A DNA stretch of 64,000 nucleotides from Eledone cirrhosa. Taxonomy: Eukaryota. Shown piece by piece: positions 41,524 to 57,338 of the stretch. The notes beneath the pieces were generated by a model that saw nothing but the letters and a program-made list of their open reading frames with translations, was not told the origin of the DNA and made no database searches. A program made the position numbers and the translations under genes. The stretch covers positions 62,248,001 through 62,312,000 of the forward strand of contig OZ024741.1 in the NCBI GenBank assembly GCA_964016885.1, read 5' to 3'. The first letter of the stretch is position 1, and each line of letters opens with the position of its first letter.

Positions 41524-44500
41524 GATTTCTTTATTAACCACAAGGGTTTACATAAAGTAGACATTAAGGACAGTGCAGGACAATACAGGACGGTACAAAT
41601 GGGCATTTCTGCGTGTAAAAAACAAAAACAGAGGATGTAACAAAAAATAACAATGAAAAATTCCCCAATATGGGGGGGGGGGGGGGGACTTCGGAGGGAC
41701 ATTTGTGGAGAAAGCCCAGTAAAAGGCCACAATGACCCTGACCACCAAGGCAAGTGCCCTCTCCCAGTTTTCCACCTTTAATTTACAGATATATTCTCAG
41801 AATAGGCCCATTCCCTCGGGCCATTCTTGCTTCTCTCACCCATCTTTCAACAAAATGCTGGGAAGAGAGCACTTCCTTCTCTCCTCTGATTTTCCTTTTC
41901 AAATGAAATTTGAAAAAGTCAATCAGAGCATCACCGAAGAGGTAAGTGCTCGTCTTCAGCCCTTTCAAACGTGTCCACCATACTATCTCTTTCGCCATGG
42001 CCACCAGACAGATAAAAACTGCCTGCCCTTCCCGGCTAAAGGAGGAGGGCGGGGCAATCCTCACGATGGACTCAGATGATAGCCGGATCCGTCCTAAACG
42101 CGACAGCAGGTGTTCGACATAAACCCACAAGTCAGCAATTTTCGGACACTGGACGAGTGCGTGCAGGACGGTTTCGTCGCCCTGAGCGCATCTTGGACAT
42201 ACCTGGCTGACGGCACCTCCATGCCTGTAGAGTTTATCCCGAACTGGCAAGGCTCTTCGGTAGCACTGCCAGGCCAGAGATTTCTGGAAGTTGTCCATAG
42301 GCCCTGGCCCGAAAGTTCTTCCGAAGAGATTGGCTAGTTGATTTTCGTCGACGCCTAGAGTTTCCCCAAGTACGTCGTCGCTCTTACCCTCCACTAATCC
42401 TCTATAGAACGCCGAGGTGGAGTTTCCAGCGATCACATTGCCCGATTGGTCGAGGGCTGTGAGCGCCTGAAGACATTCCAGTCTCCAGGCGCTCCCTCTC
42501 GGTCTTCGCTTGACCCAGGACTGCAGCTCCGTCAAGGAAACGAGCTGGGGAAATACGTGTCTAGCAAACGGCGACCACACCTGATCACCGTCGAGGAAGA
42601 GGTGGAGATGTCGCAGCCTGAGCGCGTGCCTGCGCATCATCAGCCACGGCATGCCCAGCCCTCCACGTGGCGTGTGTTGACAACAGATGGACCGCCTGAC
42701 CATCGGAGCGCGTCCCTTCCACAAAAAGCGAAAGAGCAAACTCTCCAGCGCAGTCAGGCGAGGCTTAGGACAAGGTACGACGGTCAGGCGGTAGCAGATG
42801 ACAGACGCGATGTACGCGTTAGCCACCTCCGCTCGACCTTTCAGGGATAGCTTCCTCTCCGCCCATTCCTGGGTGAGAGAAGCCACCCTGCTCGTCACCT
42901 CGTCCCAGTTTTTGTCCGTCTGGAGGTCCGGACCGAACCAGACCCCTAGCAATTTAACCGGTCCGTCCAGCGTCCGACGACGCTGTTGGACGGCATGGAC
43001 CTGCCTCTCCAAGTGCCGAGCTGCAGGCCCACTGACTTTTACTGGTTGATCATTGCTCCTGTCACCGCTTCGTATTCTCTTAGTGTAGTGCCGATCGCCT
43101 CGATGTGTTTGGCGTTCGACACCACTACGGTGACATCGTCCGCATATGCTGACACGGATCTTCCGCATCCTAGTTCGCGCGGGACGCCCCTCAACGTTTC
43201 CAGTTTGTGCAGTAATGGCTCGGCAGTCAATACGTACAAGAGGGACGAGAGGGGACATCCTTGGCGGACCGAGCGCATGATGTAGAACGGTTCCGACAGG
43301 TGACCGTTCACTCTCACCACAGAGCAGATGTCGCTGTGCATGGCAGCGATCCAGCCTCTGAAGACGGGCCCAAAGCCAGGCGCCCTCAGGACTGCCGCTA
43401 GGTAACGATGGTCAACCCTATCGAAAGCTTTCGACTGATCTAAATTGATCAAGGACCCACCCGTGCCAGGTTCCCTAGCTACTCTCTCTACGATGTATCG
43501 CATGAGGTGGAGGTTGTCGTGGATGGATCTGTCGGGAATGGCGCATATCTGCGCCTCTCCCACCAGACCACCAACGACAAGCGCCAACCTCTTTGCTAGC
43601 ACCTTGGCCAAAATCTTGAACTCTGTGTTTAGCAGAGTTTTGGGCCGGAAATTATCTATGTTATCCCCCTTGTTCGGATCCTTTCTCAGCAGTGCCACCG
43701 CTCCTCGGCTCACAGAACTGGGAATTCTCCCGTTCTGTTGCCAGTTGCATTAGACGTCTGCCAAGAGGCCTCCGAACAAGTCTGGCATCTGTACGTAAAG
43801 TTCATAGGGCAGACCATCCAAACCAGGCGATTTACCCCTTGTGCAGCCAGTCATTGCCTCCCTTACTTCAGCGGCTGTTATCGGCTTTTCGCAACACTTC
43901 GCCGCAGTGACCGGATCGTGGCTTTGTTGCCACGACGCGCCTCCGCCACTCGGGCCCATTGAACGGCTTTCGTCCCCTCGTGTCTGAGAGCACGCACCCT
44001 AGTTCTGACAACGCAGCCTTCGTGCTTTGCATTGAAGAATTGGTCAAGGGCCAATTTCGCCGCAAGTACGTCGGTCGCGATGCCTTTGCTAAGCGCCTCG
44101 TCTAATTTTCTAACTAGTTCTCCCTCTGCTCTATTTTTCTCTATAGCTAAAGCCTTACTAAACCTAATGGACTCTATTCTAATCGCTCTTTTCAGAGCAA
44201 ACCACCACTTGTTGTTGACGATGGCCCCCGTCAACGCTCGCTTAACTAGTTCGCTAATCCGGTCTCTGTAGGCCTTGCGCGCTGGTAAGGACGCGTTTAG
44301 CTTCCAGTAGCCGGGTCCTCCTCTATGAAGCCTATCTAAGTCAAACACACAGATCACGAATCTGTGGTCCGTGTAGCTGACTATCTTGAATTGTGGACAG
44401 CTTATGCTAGACCTATCTATTTCCCTACAAAATACTCTATTTAGATATGATCTGGATGACCCTATGCGATTTGTCAAAGTCCACATTGGCACATTCAGGA

Positions 44501-47313
44501 AATCCAATCGGTACCTGTCAGACAGTTCAAAACGCCTGAGCAGGTTGGTGAGGCCCTTGCACCCTCCTCCCCTACCCGCTAATCCCACACAGTCCCAGCG
44601 TGCATCTAAGATCCATTTCCAGTCGCCCACTAACACATTTCCTAGAAATGTATCCTGACGCCGGAAGAAATCAGCCCGCTCTCCTCCTGTCGGGGCATAG
44701 ACGGCCACTAGCCTGAAAGTTTGCCCTTCTTCACTGGTCACGTCCAGCACCACCAACTTACCTTCTGGGTCCAGGAAGATGGCCCGTATGGCGAGATCCA
44801 AACCTCTCCGAAAAAGCACAGCAACTCCTCCCCCCGATCCATGACGGCTGGGTGATGATACACATCGTAGCCGCCGAAGATCGGTGCGAAGGCCCGTGCT
44901 TCGGAGATTCTGGTCTCGCTGATGGCCACTACATCTATGTTTAGTGACCTGAGGTCGTTGAGCAGGTGGCCCTGCTTCCATGACGACCCCAAACCACGCG
45001 CATTTATGCTGCCTATTCTGTGTGAGGTCATGTTGAAATGGAGTGGAAAAGATGGGAAATACCACTTACCTTACTTTTTCTCGCAGAGGAAGGATGGTTT
45101 CACCATCCCTTTTCACTTGATCGTCTGGTGAAGGGACCGTTGAATCGCCCCTCCGGCTGGTCGTCGGCTCTTCTGTGAGTATATCCGAATATACCCTCCG
45201 GTTGAGTGTCCCTCCTAGGTCTCTGAAATCACCAACGGCGTTGGGGAATTTCGTTTTAATGTTTGTGTATTGTTTCTGTGATATTTTTACCAGTCTTATG
45301 TTCGTTGGTGTTTTGATTGGTGCTGTTATTATGTAGTCGTGCTGTGAAATGTCTGTGTGTTCAATTATGTAAGTCATTAATTTCTTGTGTGTATTTATTG
45401 CTGTGCATTTGTTTTTCTGGGGGTGGGGTGTTGTTCTGCTATTTTCTTGTCGTTGTTGCTGGGTGTGTGTGTTTTGTTGTATTTGCGACGTTGGTGCTTG
45501 TGGTGGTGGTGTCGGTGGTGTTGCTGCTGTAAATCTTTTTGCAGTAGCCTTTACCCTTTTTTCGTTTCTTTCCTCCCTTTTCGAAGGCGACGATGCGCTG
45601 CTTCTGCGTTTGTGCCTTCTTGCGACCTTTTGCCATCCCTCTCCCACCTCACACTCCATGTCCGATTCTGTGAGGTCGGGGAGGGGTACCAGCTCCACTC
45701 TTTCACTTCTTGTCGTTGGTGATGTTTGCAGTGGAGTCTCTGTTGCAGCTGCAGTTGGTATTGCTGTTGTTGTTGTTAATACTGCTACTGCTGTTCTTGA
45801 TTTCCGTGGCGTGGGTATGGGTGCCACGGACCTATCCTTCCTGGTTGCCGCCTGTCCCGTTGCTCGTAGCAGTGGAGCCGGTTTCGGAAGGAGGGGGGTT
45901 TTCTCCTTTCTCGGGGTGTTCTCATTGCTGAAGGCCCTGAGGTGAGTCTTCGATCCACAGCGAAAGCATTTCGGGCGTTTGCCCTCAACACTTATGGGCA
46001 GTTGAGTGCCGTTATCGAAGTCTATCACATCCGGGATAGCTTCGATGCACTCCTGGTTGTTTTGGATTAACATCTCAATGGAGGTGCCGACCCAATCTTC
46101 TCGTACTTTTTTCTGTATTTGCAGTAGAGTTGTTTTGTCCTCGATTCCGACGAGGAGAGACGCGGCCAGTCAAGAAGGGGCCACCCCGGGGGGAGGGGGG
46201 GTCAGTTTGACCCTCACAATTTTTTTTGTCCGCAGTAGGAGGGCACCAACACCATTTCCTCGCTCCTCAGGGTCACTAAGGATTGAGCCTTTGCCTCCTG
46301 GGGTGTGGCAAAAAGCACGTCCACGGTGGCATATTTCTTGCCTCGTGTGATATGCGTTTTCCGCTGCCACACAGACCCTAAGGCTTTTTGTATTTGAGCC
46401 TCTGTGGCCCTTTCAACCCTACGGGATTTTGTGCTTACTGTACGGTACGTGACCGTACAGTGCAGTTGGGTTTCGAAAAATGTTTCGGCTGCCTTGCAGA
46501 TTGCTCGGTGTCCGGTTTTCGTCACCATCTTCTTTGCATCCTGTAATTCCTCATTTGTTATAAGGATGGTTTCCAGGTTCTTTGCGATACCTGCAAACGA
46601 GATTGGTTTTTCTTTGTTGTTGGTGGTGTTGTCGTCGTCAGAGCTGCTGTTACTTTTGTTGTTGCTGCTGGTACTACGACTGCCGCCGCTGCTGTTGCTG
46701 TGGTTGTTGTTGTTGTTGCTGCTGCTGTTGTTGTTACTGTTGCTGCTAATGCTGTTGTTGTTTATGCTACTGCTGATGCTCTTGCGGCTGCTAATGTTGT
46801 TTTCCTTGTCACTGTTGCTGCTGCTGCTGTTATTACGGCTGCTACTGCTATTATTCATGACGTCAGACGAATGAAATGGGTTTTCGTATTTACCGCACAC
46901 CTTTTTCGTCGTTGTCGTCGTCGCGGAGAAATGTTCCACGTTTTGCACGTGATTTTGGAAACTATTTTTCTTTACTGGCGTCGCTTGCGAAAGAGAAGTG
47001 AGGGAGAGAGACAATCTTCTCTCTGGTGTAGTGACGATTGAGGAAGAAGAAGACGGAATGAGTGGGAGTGACTTGTGAAAATTCTTTTTTGTAGCCATGT
47101 TTTGTTTTGGTTTAAAATAAATATTGTGCACAAAACCGCAATAAGCGGTTATTTAACCCGGAAAGGCCAAATAACGGGCAGAAAGACCCCTCTCACGAGG
47201 AGGAGGGTGTTTTTGTCTACAATTTGGTTAAAGTTTTAAACAATTTAAAATTGTTATAGCGGTTAAAATTTACAATACCTTACAGAGCCGAGCCTCCTTC
47301 AACCATGGCATTC
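41524..47313 (-). mobile_element. Full-length but disrupted Tx1/L1-like non-LTR retrotransposon
   Basis: ORF1 47098->45066 (frameshifted, knuckle CFRCGSKTHLRAFS). ORF2 45031->41783 has APE, RT (KAFDRVDH, QGCPLS, YADD) and C-terminal CPRC..H...C, with frameshifts and an internal deletion near 43910. Both ends are flanked by (AAT)n. Confidence 0.93.
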
Positions 47314-48288
47314 AATAATAATAATAATAATAATAAATCTCCCATCTGTAAGAACCTCTGTTAAGTTATATTTCAAACACTAACTTAATCACGAGAAAGT
47401 TATATTACTAAATCCTTCCAAAGCCATGATTATTTTCAAAATTAATTAAATATTTCAGGCTGTCTTTCATTAGAAATATGATAACAAATGGATTCAAGTG
47501 TTTATATCTCTAAATAACTGTCGTCAAAATTCTATGTAACAGCCTTTGTCAAGTTATTTTCTAAGCACCAAATTAATTTAGCGAGCTAAATTCTTGGTTA
47601 TTTTCAAAATTATTTGTAAACCACCGGTAATTTTTCATTAGAAATATGGTAATGAAAATTTTAATCGATACTAGTACTTTTTACTCGTGCTACCTTATTT
47701 TACTGACCCCAGGAGGATAAATATGTAAAATCGACTCTGATAGGATTTGAATCTTAAAATGTAAATAGAGCACGCATAAAAAAAAAAAAAAAAAAATTCC
47801 TACCTTTGAGTTTGTCGTTCATATTGTTTTCCCTATTATTGACAGAAATATTATTGCTGTTACAGCTGTTGCTTCAGTTGCCACTGTTGATGTTGTTATT
47901 GTTACTGGTGTGGTGGTTGGTGTTGTTGATGTTGTTGTTACTAGTGTGGTGGCTGTTGTTGTTGTTGGCGGTGGTGGTGGTGCGGTGTTTGTTGCTGTAG
48001 TTATTAATATTATGTGTGAATATGAATGAAAAATATTAACCACAACACGTGACATCAATTGAAAAAAAGAATAGAAATAAAAGGGACAATTCTATAGTAA
48101 ATTAGGAATTGGATGAAGGGAGCGTGAGAATTATAAAACGCCGAGTATTCCACGAGCCAGTTTCAAACCCTGCTTTAAGCCATTCTCAATTAATTTCCTT
48201 TAATTAGTTAATGATCCCCAAGAAAGTGATGAAGACCACACATTCTCTGCTTCACAATTTATTCTTTTATTATTTTACTGAGTTCAAG

Positions 48289-48507
48289 GGCATCGGATTG
48301 GCAGTATCGGTAGAGCGTCGGACAACTTGCTTCGCGGCATAGAGTTATGCACCTTTTCGTTCTGTGTTCAAATCCCGCCGATGTTAGCTTTGCCTTTCAT
48401 ACTTACGGGGTCGATAAAATAAAGCACCAGTAATGCACTGGGCTCGATTTAATCGACTTTTCCCGCTCCTTCAAATTGCTGGCTTTGTGCCTAAAGTAGC
48501 AACAATT
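48289..48507 (+). mobile_element. SINE family 1, long variant
   Basis: A box TTGGCAGTATCGGT, B box GTTCAAATCC, core and tail. Confidence 0.8.
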
Positions 48508-48969
48508 ATTTTATTGATTTCAGTCATCATACTGCTGTCATGCTGGGACACCACCCTGATTCACTAGTTTATATTGAAGTCTGGTATTTTTTTCAAATCT
48601 AATACTTATTTTATCGATCAATTTTTGTCAACCCACTACGTCATGCATGGGACTTAAATTCAGGCACAAGCTTAACTATAGATACAAAAAGATGAACACA
48701 TGCATATATTTTTTTTATTGTTATTTTTAATTTAGTTATTCCTCGTACTGAAAATCGAACTTGTAATCTATATGTTCACAGCTGTTACATTTTTCTACTC
48801 TTTCTTTCTTTTTCTTTTTCTTTTTCTTTTTCTTTTTCTTTTTCTTTTTCTTTTTCTTTTTCTTTTTCTCTTTTTCTCTCTCTCTCTCTCTCCGTTTCAC
48901 TCTTACTAATTCTCTCTCCCTCTGTCACTAAATTGGATTCTCTCTCAATCTCTCTCAATTTCTACCACT

Positions 48970-49016
<47 letters not shown>

Positions 49017-49216
49017 TCTCTCTTACTCTTTCACTTTCATTCTCTCTCACACTCACATTCTTCCTCACTCTTACTCATCCATTAACTTTCACACACTCTC
49101 TCATTCTCACTCTCCATTTCACCATCTCTCTAAATGTCATATGATTCTCTCTTTCTCTCTTTCTGTCTCTCTCACGCAAACGCTATCTCCCTCAGTGTGT
49201 CTCTCTGACTCCTACA

Positions 49217-49275
<59 letters not shown>

Positions 49276-50077
49276 CTCTCTCTCTCTCTCCCTCTCTCTC
49301 TCTCGTTCTCTCCCGAAAGTGAGCTAAAAAGAACTAAATTGGGTCCAGGGGACTAAAGAGGTCGAAAAATTGCTAAAAATCACAAAAGAGGCAGAAAGAA
49401 AGGGAGAAAGTGGGCAAAAATAGGGAAAGTGTAGGAAAATGGATGAAAGAGGAGTAAAGAGAGGTAAATAGAGACAATAGGGTAGAAAGGGAGAAGAGCA
49501 GAATTGAGAAGAAGTGGAGAAAAGTCAGGTAAAGATAATTAAATATGAACCACGGTGTTGAAACTGATGGAAAGATGAGGAAAGGTGGAGAATGGAAGGA
49601 AGGAGGAAAGTGGGTTAAATGGGGCTAAAAGGATATCATGGCGGGGAAATTGAAGGAAAAACAATGATAGTGGTCGAATGTTGGGAAAGGGAGAAGGGGT
49701 GATTATTTTCCCATCTTTATGCTCTTCTACCTACATTACACTTCTTTAAGTCAGTTTCTGCCTTTTCTCCATTCCTCCTCTCTCTCTTCTCTCTGTTTTT
49801 TTCAAATTCTGCCTCCTTTTCAACTCTCTTTATCTTTCCTTGTTATTCTTTAGCCCACTTTAGGTCACTTTCGTACACTTCCTCCCTTTCTCAGTCCCTC
49901 TCTTCCCTCATCTGTTTGCCTGTTTCCCTCGCTTTCTGCTTTTTTCGTCGTCCTTAGCCATCTCATGAGACCTCCAGCCATATCACAACCACGTCTATTC
50001 CAGAGTGATTAATTCTATTGCAACCACAATTTGGATGTAGTGCACCGATCATGTGCATTGGTTTTCGAATATTATTC

Positions 50078-50200
50078 GGTGAATTGGCAGTATCGGTAGA
50101 GGGTCGGAGATTTGCCTTTCATCCTTACGGGGTCGATAAAATAAAGTACCAGTAATGTTCTGGGTAATTGCTGGCCTTGTGCCTAAAATAGAAACAATTA
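50078..50200 (+). mobile_element. SINE family 1, internally deleted
   Basis: Head joined directly to the core (B box missing); tail GGCCTTGTGCCTAAAATAGAAAC. Confidence 0.7.
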
Positions 50201-50914
50201 TTAGTATTTTAGTGATTAGAGTGTGTCTCGCTGGAAAATATACATACCCACTTGGAAAAAGCTGGGAAAATTGTAAACACAGAAGGCAAAATACACTTGC
50301 TATATCACCACAACTCCCCAACGAAACAACCTAGGGATGACGTTATTCTGGTATCAGAATAACAGAAGCCTACGGTTAGAAACGGTCTCTCACGGAAAAA
50401 TCGAGAAATGTGAATCCCATATGGAAGGACATTGATTTTGTAACACGAGCAGTACAATACAGGAGCATGAGAATTGACTTCCTCACAAAATCTCTGGCAA
50501 AAAATACATTCTGTGGTCCTACGTAAGAGCATAGAACACGTGTTCTTTCCAACGTATTCGGGCCGAACAATCACAAAATCAAACATTTTGGAAGTGCCAC
50601 CAGAGTTGGATTTCTTGTGGGTGGTTAGATGCGTGGTTTCAGAAATACAAAGTCCCGAAAAAAAAAAAAAAAAAAAAATTGGGGTCGAGTATAGGAGATT
50701 TGAATCCAAATAAAACCTGAAACTCTAGTCAAGTTACCGGACCTGATTGAATTACCAGCTAGTCAGCAGCTGCAGCTTTTAGTCAAAAGTAAAAAGCTTA
50801 GATGTCATTCGTGTGAGAGCACAAACTACCTTAAGGCTGTTTCCCCCCAACGAAAAGCTGCACTGTTACAAACATTGCAACAGCCGCATACATATATATA
50901 TTTATCTTTTTATA

Positions 50915-51071
50915 CTAGGCAACGAAGTCGTTAGAAAGTCTGATAGAATGCTTTGTGGTATTCGTTCTAGCTCTCTGCACACTGAATTCAAATCCCGTCG
51001 AGGCCGACTTTGACGTTCATTTTTCAACGTCGATAAAAAAACGTACAAATCCTGAGTTGATTCTTCTTCTA

Positions 51072-51143
<72 letters not shown>

Positions 51144-51452
51144 CCTCTCGAATAAATCAGCTGTGTTCAGACATAGAGGTTGGGCTCAACCATGTTTAAA
51201 ATATCCAAGAAATGCCGTATAACACTACGACACCTTCAACTCCTCTATGAGTTATAGAAACATACACTTCATGAACATACACGCGCGTGCGCATGCGGTT
51301 GCAGGTAAAACGTCGGATAGAAGGCTTTGTGGTATTCGTTCTGGCTCTTTAAATTCAAATCACGCCGAGCTCGATAAAAAAATGACTAGTCCAGCATTGG
51401 GTCGAGTCTTATTCTATATACTTCTCAGTTCCCTCTCTCCATCTCCCTCTCG

Positions 51453-51530
<78 letters not shown>

Positions 51531-51740
51531 CTCTCTCTCTCTCTCCCTCTCTCTCTCTATCTCTCTCCCTCTCTCTCTCTATCTCTCTCCCTCTCTCTCT
51601 CTATCTCTCTCCCTCTCTCTCTCTTTCTTTCTTTCTCCCCTCTATCTCCCCCTCACACTCTCTCACTCTGGAAGAAAGGAGAAACGGACTGTTTCAGACC
51701 TGGAGTGAGAATGGGCTCCGCCAGTTTTAAAGTGCGCAAG
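50915..51740 (+). mobile_element. Two tandem family 2 SINE + (CT)n + tail units
   Basis: Units ~50915-51240 and ~51295-51740 share the head GTC.GATAGAA.GCTTTGTGGTATTCGTTCT.GCTCT, a (CT)n tract and the 3' block seen at 7929-7990. Confidence 0.55.
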
Positions 51741-51796
51741 ACACACAAATATGTCACGAAAGCGAATCTACCAGGTGTTATGAGTATATACGTATA

Positions 51797-51981
51797 GGGC
51801 GCTGGCTTAGCAGTATCGGTCGAGGGTCGGACGCCTCGCTTTCCAGCATAGTTACGTCCCTTTACGATCTGAGTTCAAATCCTGCCGAGGTTGACTTTTC
51901 CTTTCATCCTTACGGGGTCGATATAATAAAGTACCAGTAATGCACTGGTGAATTGCTGGCCTTGTGCCTAAAGTAGAAACA
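51797..51981 (+). mobile_element. SINE family 1 with 18 bp TSD
   Basis: TSD GTTATGAGTATATACGTA at 51777-51794 and 51982-51999. Confidence 0.85.
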
Positions 51982-52082
51982 GTTATGAGTATATACGTAC
52001 ACAGATACACATTTATATATATATGAATATTCATACATACACACACACACAAACACATATATATAGAGAGAGAGAGAGGGGG

Positions 52083-52131
<49 letters not shown>

Positions 52132-52140
52132 TAATAGATA

Positions 52141-55100
52141 TATTTCTTTATTTACCATAAAGGCATAAAAAGAAGGAACAAATACAAAGGGGGAGTTTAC
52201 ATAAAACCGAGTAAAAAGGGTATAAAATGAAAATATCAAAAACAACCTCAAAAGGGAGGGGACGTGATGGGGTTTGCACACACACCCGAAAAAGTGTGCA
52301 ATCCTTTGCCCGGGGAGCACATGGAGGAGGTGCTCCCTTCTCCTTCACTTCTTTACCTACAGGATGGTATACAGAGAAGGCCCATTTACACGAGCCATTC
52401 TCGCCACTATCACCCACGTTTCATAAAACTGCCTGTGGCCAAGCACCTCTCTCTCCATTCTTATCCTTCTTCCGAAGTGATATCGGAAGAAGTAGACCAG
52501 ACTATGGCCAGAGAGGAAGTTGCCTGACCTCAGACCTTTCAATCGTGTCCACCAAACAACTTCTTTCAACATGGCTATTACGCACAGAAAAACCGCCTTT
52601 GCTTCCTTTGTGAAGAGGGGAGGCGGCTTGATTGTCATTACGGACTCGGCGGTCAATCAAATCGGCGCCACCCGCGACAGCAGTCGTTCGGCGTAGCCCC
52701 ACAGATCAGCCACGCCCGGACATTGCCCAATGCGTGCGCAACGGTTTCTTCGTGATGCACGCATCTAGGGCAAATCTTTTTCGAGGGATCCCTGCCCGGG
52801 CGCCCGTGTCTGTAGAGTTTTCTCGAATGGGTAGAGCCCCCCGGTAGCACTGCCAGGCCAGTGACTTCTGGAAGTTGTCCATTGGTCCCGGGCCGAAAGT
52901 CCTACCGAACAGGCTGGCCAGTTCGTCCTCTTCCATGTCCAGGGACTCTCCAAGGGTGTCATCGCCCCTGCTAGCCACCAGCCCTCTATAGAATGACGAG
53001 GTGGATTCTCCACCGATGGCCGGGTCCGCTTGCCAGACAGCCCTGAGCGCCTGGGCACACTCAGTGTGCCAGTCGCCCAGTTTTCCGGATTTTTGCTTGA
53101 CCCAGGACTGCAGCTCGGTGAGCGAGACGAGTCTCGGAAAGGCTCGTCTCACGAACGGAGCCCACACCGGTTGACCAGTGAGGAATACCTGTAGGTGCCG
53201 TAGCCTTAATGCGTGCCTACGCATCATCAACCACGGCATCCCCAGCCCTCTTTTCGAAGGCTGTTGGCAGCAGATGGATCTTCTCACCATTAGAGGGCGC
53301 TTTTTCCAAAGAAATTGAAAGAGCATGCGTTCCATGGTGGTGAGTGTTTCCTTAGGGCAAGGCACGACAGTCAGGCGGTAGTAGGTGACGGACGCTATGT
53401 AAATGTTCGCCACCTCCGCCCGACCTTTCAGGGACAGCTTACACTTGGCCCATTTCTGGGTCAGTGCAAACACCTTGCTCGTAACCTCGCCCCAGTTCTT
53501 TTCCACCTGGAGGTCCGGTCCAAACCAGACGCCAAGCAACTTCACCGAGCCCTCCGTCCAGTGTCCGACGAAACCGTCGGGAGGCATCGGTCTGCCTCTC
53601 CACCTTCCGAGTTGCAGCCTGATTGATTTTTCCCGGTTCCGTTTCGCTCCTGACAACCTTTCATATTCCTCCAGTAAGGTGCCGATCGCCTGGATCTCCG
53701 TGTCGGTCGAAACCTTTACTGTTACGTCATCGGCGTAGGCCGACACCGCTTTGCTCAATCCTGGTTCCAGGGGGATACCCTGCAACAACTCCAACTTTCT
53801 CAGTAAAGGCTCGAGAGTCAATACATACAGAAGGTAGGAGAGAGGGCACCCCTGTCGAATGGATCGTGTGATTTCGAACGACTTCGAAAGGTAGCCGTTC
53901 ACCTTGATCCTAGAACATATGTGGTTGCTATGTAAGGCAGTGATCCAGCCTCTGAAAACAGGGCCTAACCCAGCCGCCGCTAGCACCGCATCCAGGTAAC
54001 CATGGTCGACCCTATCGAACGCCTTAGACTGATCCAAGTTGATCAGGGCCCCACCGAAGCCGGGTTTGTTGCCAACCCTCTCTATGATGTATCGCATGAT
54101 GTGGAGGTTGTCGTGAATGGACCTGGATGGGATAGCACATGTCTGCGCATCTCCCACCAGGCTACCCACGACAAGCGCCAACCTCTTTGCTAACACCTTG
54201 GCCAACATCTTTAACTCTGTGTTTATCAGTGTTATGGGCCGAAAATTATTTATACTATCCCCCTTGTTCTCGTCCTTCCTCACCAGCGAGACTACGCCCT
54301 TGGCTACAGAACAAGGAATTCTCGCGTTCTGCTGCCAATTGCAGTAGACCGCTTCGAGGAATTCGGAGAAGAAGACCGGCATTGCCAAATAAAGTTCGTA
54401 AGGTATACCATCGAGACCTGGAGATTTGCGTCTGCTGCATTGGCTCAGCGCATCCCCGATCTCATCAGCCGAGATTGGTCCCTCGCAGGATTCTGCCTCT
54501 TCGCTCGAGAGACGCGGCAGGCCGTCGAGGTATGGACCGAAATCCACGTCCCCGCCCGGACCTCCGCCTCCCCCGAACAATCGGGCAAAGTGCCTTTGAA
54601 AGGCCTCGCACATCTGCTTAGGCTCCCGGATCACCCGTCCATCCTCGTCTTGCAAAGACCGGATGGTGGATCGATTTCCACTCTTAGCTTCTGTCACGCG
54701 GGCCCATCCAACAGCTTTGTCCCCCTCATTACCTAGAGCACGTATTTTACTTCGAATGACGCAGCCTTCGTGCTTTGCATCGAAAAACTGGCTCAAGGCC
54801 ATCCTCGATGCCAGCACTCTGGCCACATCTTCGCTCTTGATTGCCTCTTCTAATTTACCTGTTAATTCTTTCTCGTTCCTATTCCTATCCGCAGCTAACA
54901 TCTTGCTATAACTTATTGATTCTGTTCTAATCTCCCTTTTGAGAGATGCCCACCATCGGTTGTTGACGATTGCACCCGTCAACCTCTCCTTAACTAATCT
55001 GCTAATTCGGTCTCTGTAAGCCTCTTTTGCCGGTAAAGACAAATTAAGTTTCCAGTAACCGGGACCCTGTCTATGTGTTCTCTCAAGGTTGACTACGCAG

Positions 55101-55472
55101 GTCACTAATTTGTGATCTGTATAGCCAACCGTGAGCATTTCTGGACAGCTTAATATGTCTCTATCCTTACTTCTAACTAAGCATCTATCTAAGTACGATC
55201 TAGATTGACCACTATGGTTCGTCCAAGTCCAGGTTGGCACAGTTCGAAAATCTAGTCGATATCTATCGACCAAGTTAAAACGGTCGAGTAACCTCTTGAG
55301 GCTGTTACACCCCCCCCCTCTATTAGGATATGCTCCTGCATAGTCCCAACGTGCATCTAGGATGTCATTCCAGTCCCCCGCTAGAAGCAGGGAACGCGAC
55401 TTTCCAGAAAAGTCTCCAGACGCTGGAAGAAGTGGGGTCGTTCAGCTCCAAAAGGGGAGTAGACGGCGACCA
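52141..55472 (-). mobile_element. 5'-truncated Tx1/L1-like LINE, second family
   Basis: 855 aa ORF 52706-55273 with the APE C-half (SYLDR, TDH), RT (KAFDRVDH, QGCPLS, YADD) and a frameshifted C-terminus. Truncated within the APE domain; flanked by (TA)n/(ATAG)n. Confidence 0.92.
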
Positions 55473-55607
55473 ATATATATCTATATATAGATAGATAGAT
55501 AGATAGATAAATAAATATATAGATAGATTGATAGGTAGATAGATGGATAGCTAGATACTGATATATATATATATATATATATATATTTGAATAAATAAAT
55601 ATTTATA

Positions 55608-55646
<39 letters not shown>

Positions 55647-55649
55647 ATG

Positions 55650-55751
<102 letters not shown>

Positions 55752-55875
55752 TATAAATATTTATTTATTCAAATATACATATATATATATATATATATAT
55801 ATCAGTATCTAGCTATCCATCTATCTACCTATCAATCTATCTATATATTTATTTATTTATCTATCTATCTATATG

Positions 55876-55908
<33 letters not shown>

Positions 55909-55979
55909 GTATGAACGCATGTACACACACATATATATATATATGTATGCATGTATGTATGTACATATGTACATATGTA

Positions 55980-56052
<73 letters not shown>

Positions 56053-56053
56053 A

Positions 56054-56087
<34 letters not shown>

Positions 56088-56415
56088 CAAACATACATAC
56101 ACATATATATATATATGAGTGTGTACATATACATTACAGAAGAAAGAAATCCGCCATTGAAGATAAGAAATACTCCCAGCTGACGTGGTTTCAATGACGT
56201 AATCAATAACATAGCCATCCTAACTACTATTTAACTAATTCTAACATATAATTATTTATGGATGAAACCAGACTATCACACCTTCAGATAAACATCACGT
56301 GATTCCTATTGAATTTCTTCAGTCGACGTTGCCTGTCAAATCGCGGCTAGTTCCTTAGTTTGATCGATAATAGTTTACTTGTTGGTGGTATCGGTGTTGT
56401 TTTTATCTTTATATT

Positions 56416-56493
<78 letters not shown>

Positions 56494-56498
56494 CACAT

Positions 56499-57338
<840 letters not shown>

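Noticed and set aside
49320-49960. Purine-rich then pyrimidine-rich block as a long inverted repeat
   Set aside because: Only compositional symmetry; I could not align the halves base by base.
56160-56300. CTGAAGG...GAAACCACGTC on the minus strand as a long-loop HHR
   Set aside because: No convincing stem I and a non-canonical core.
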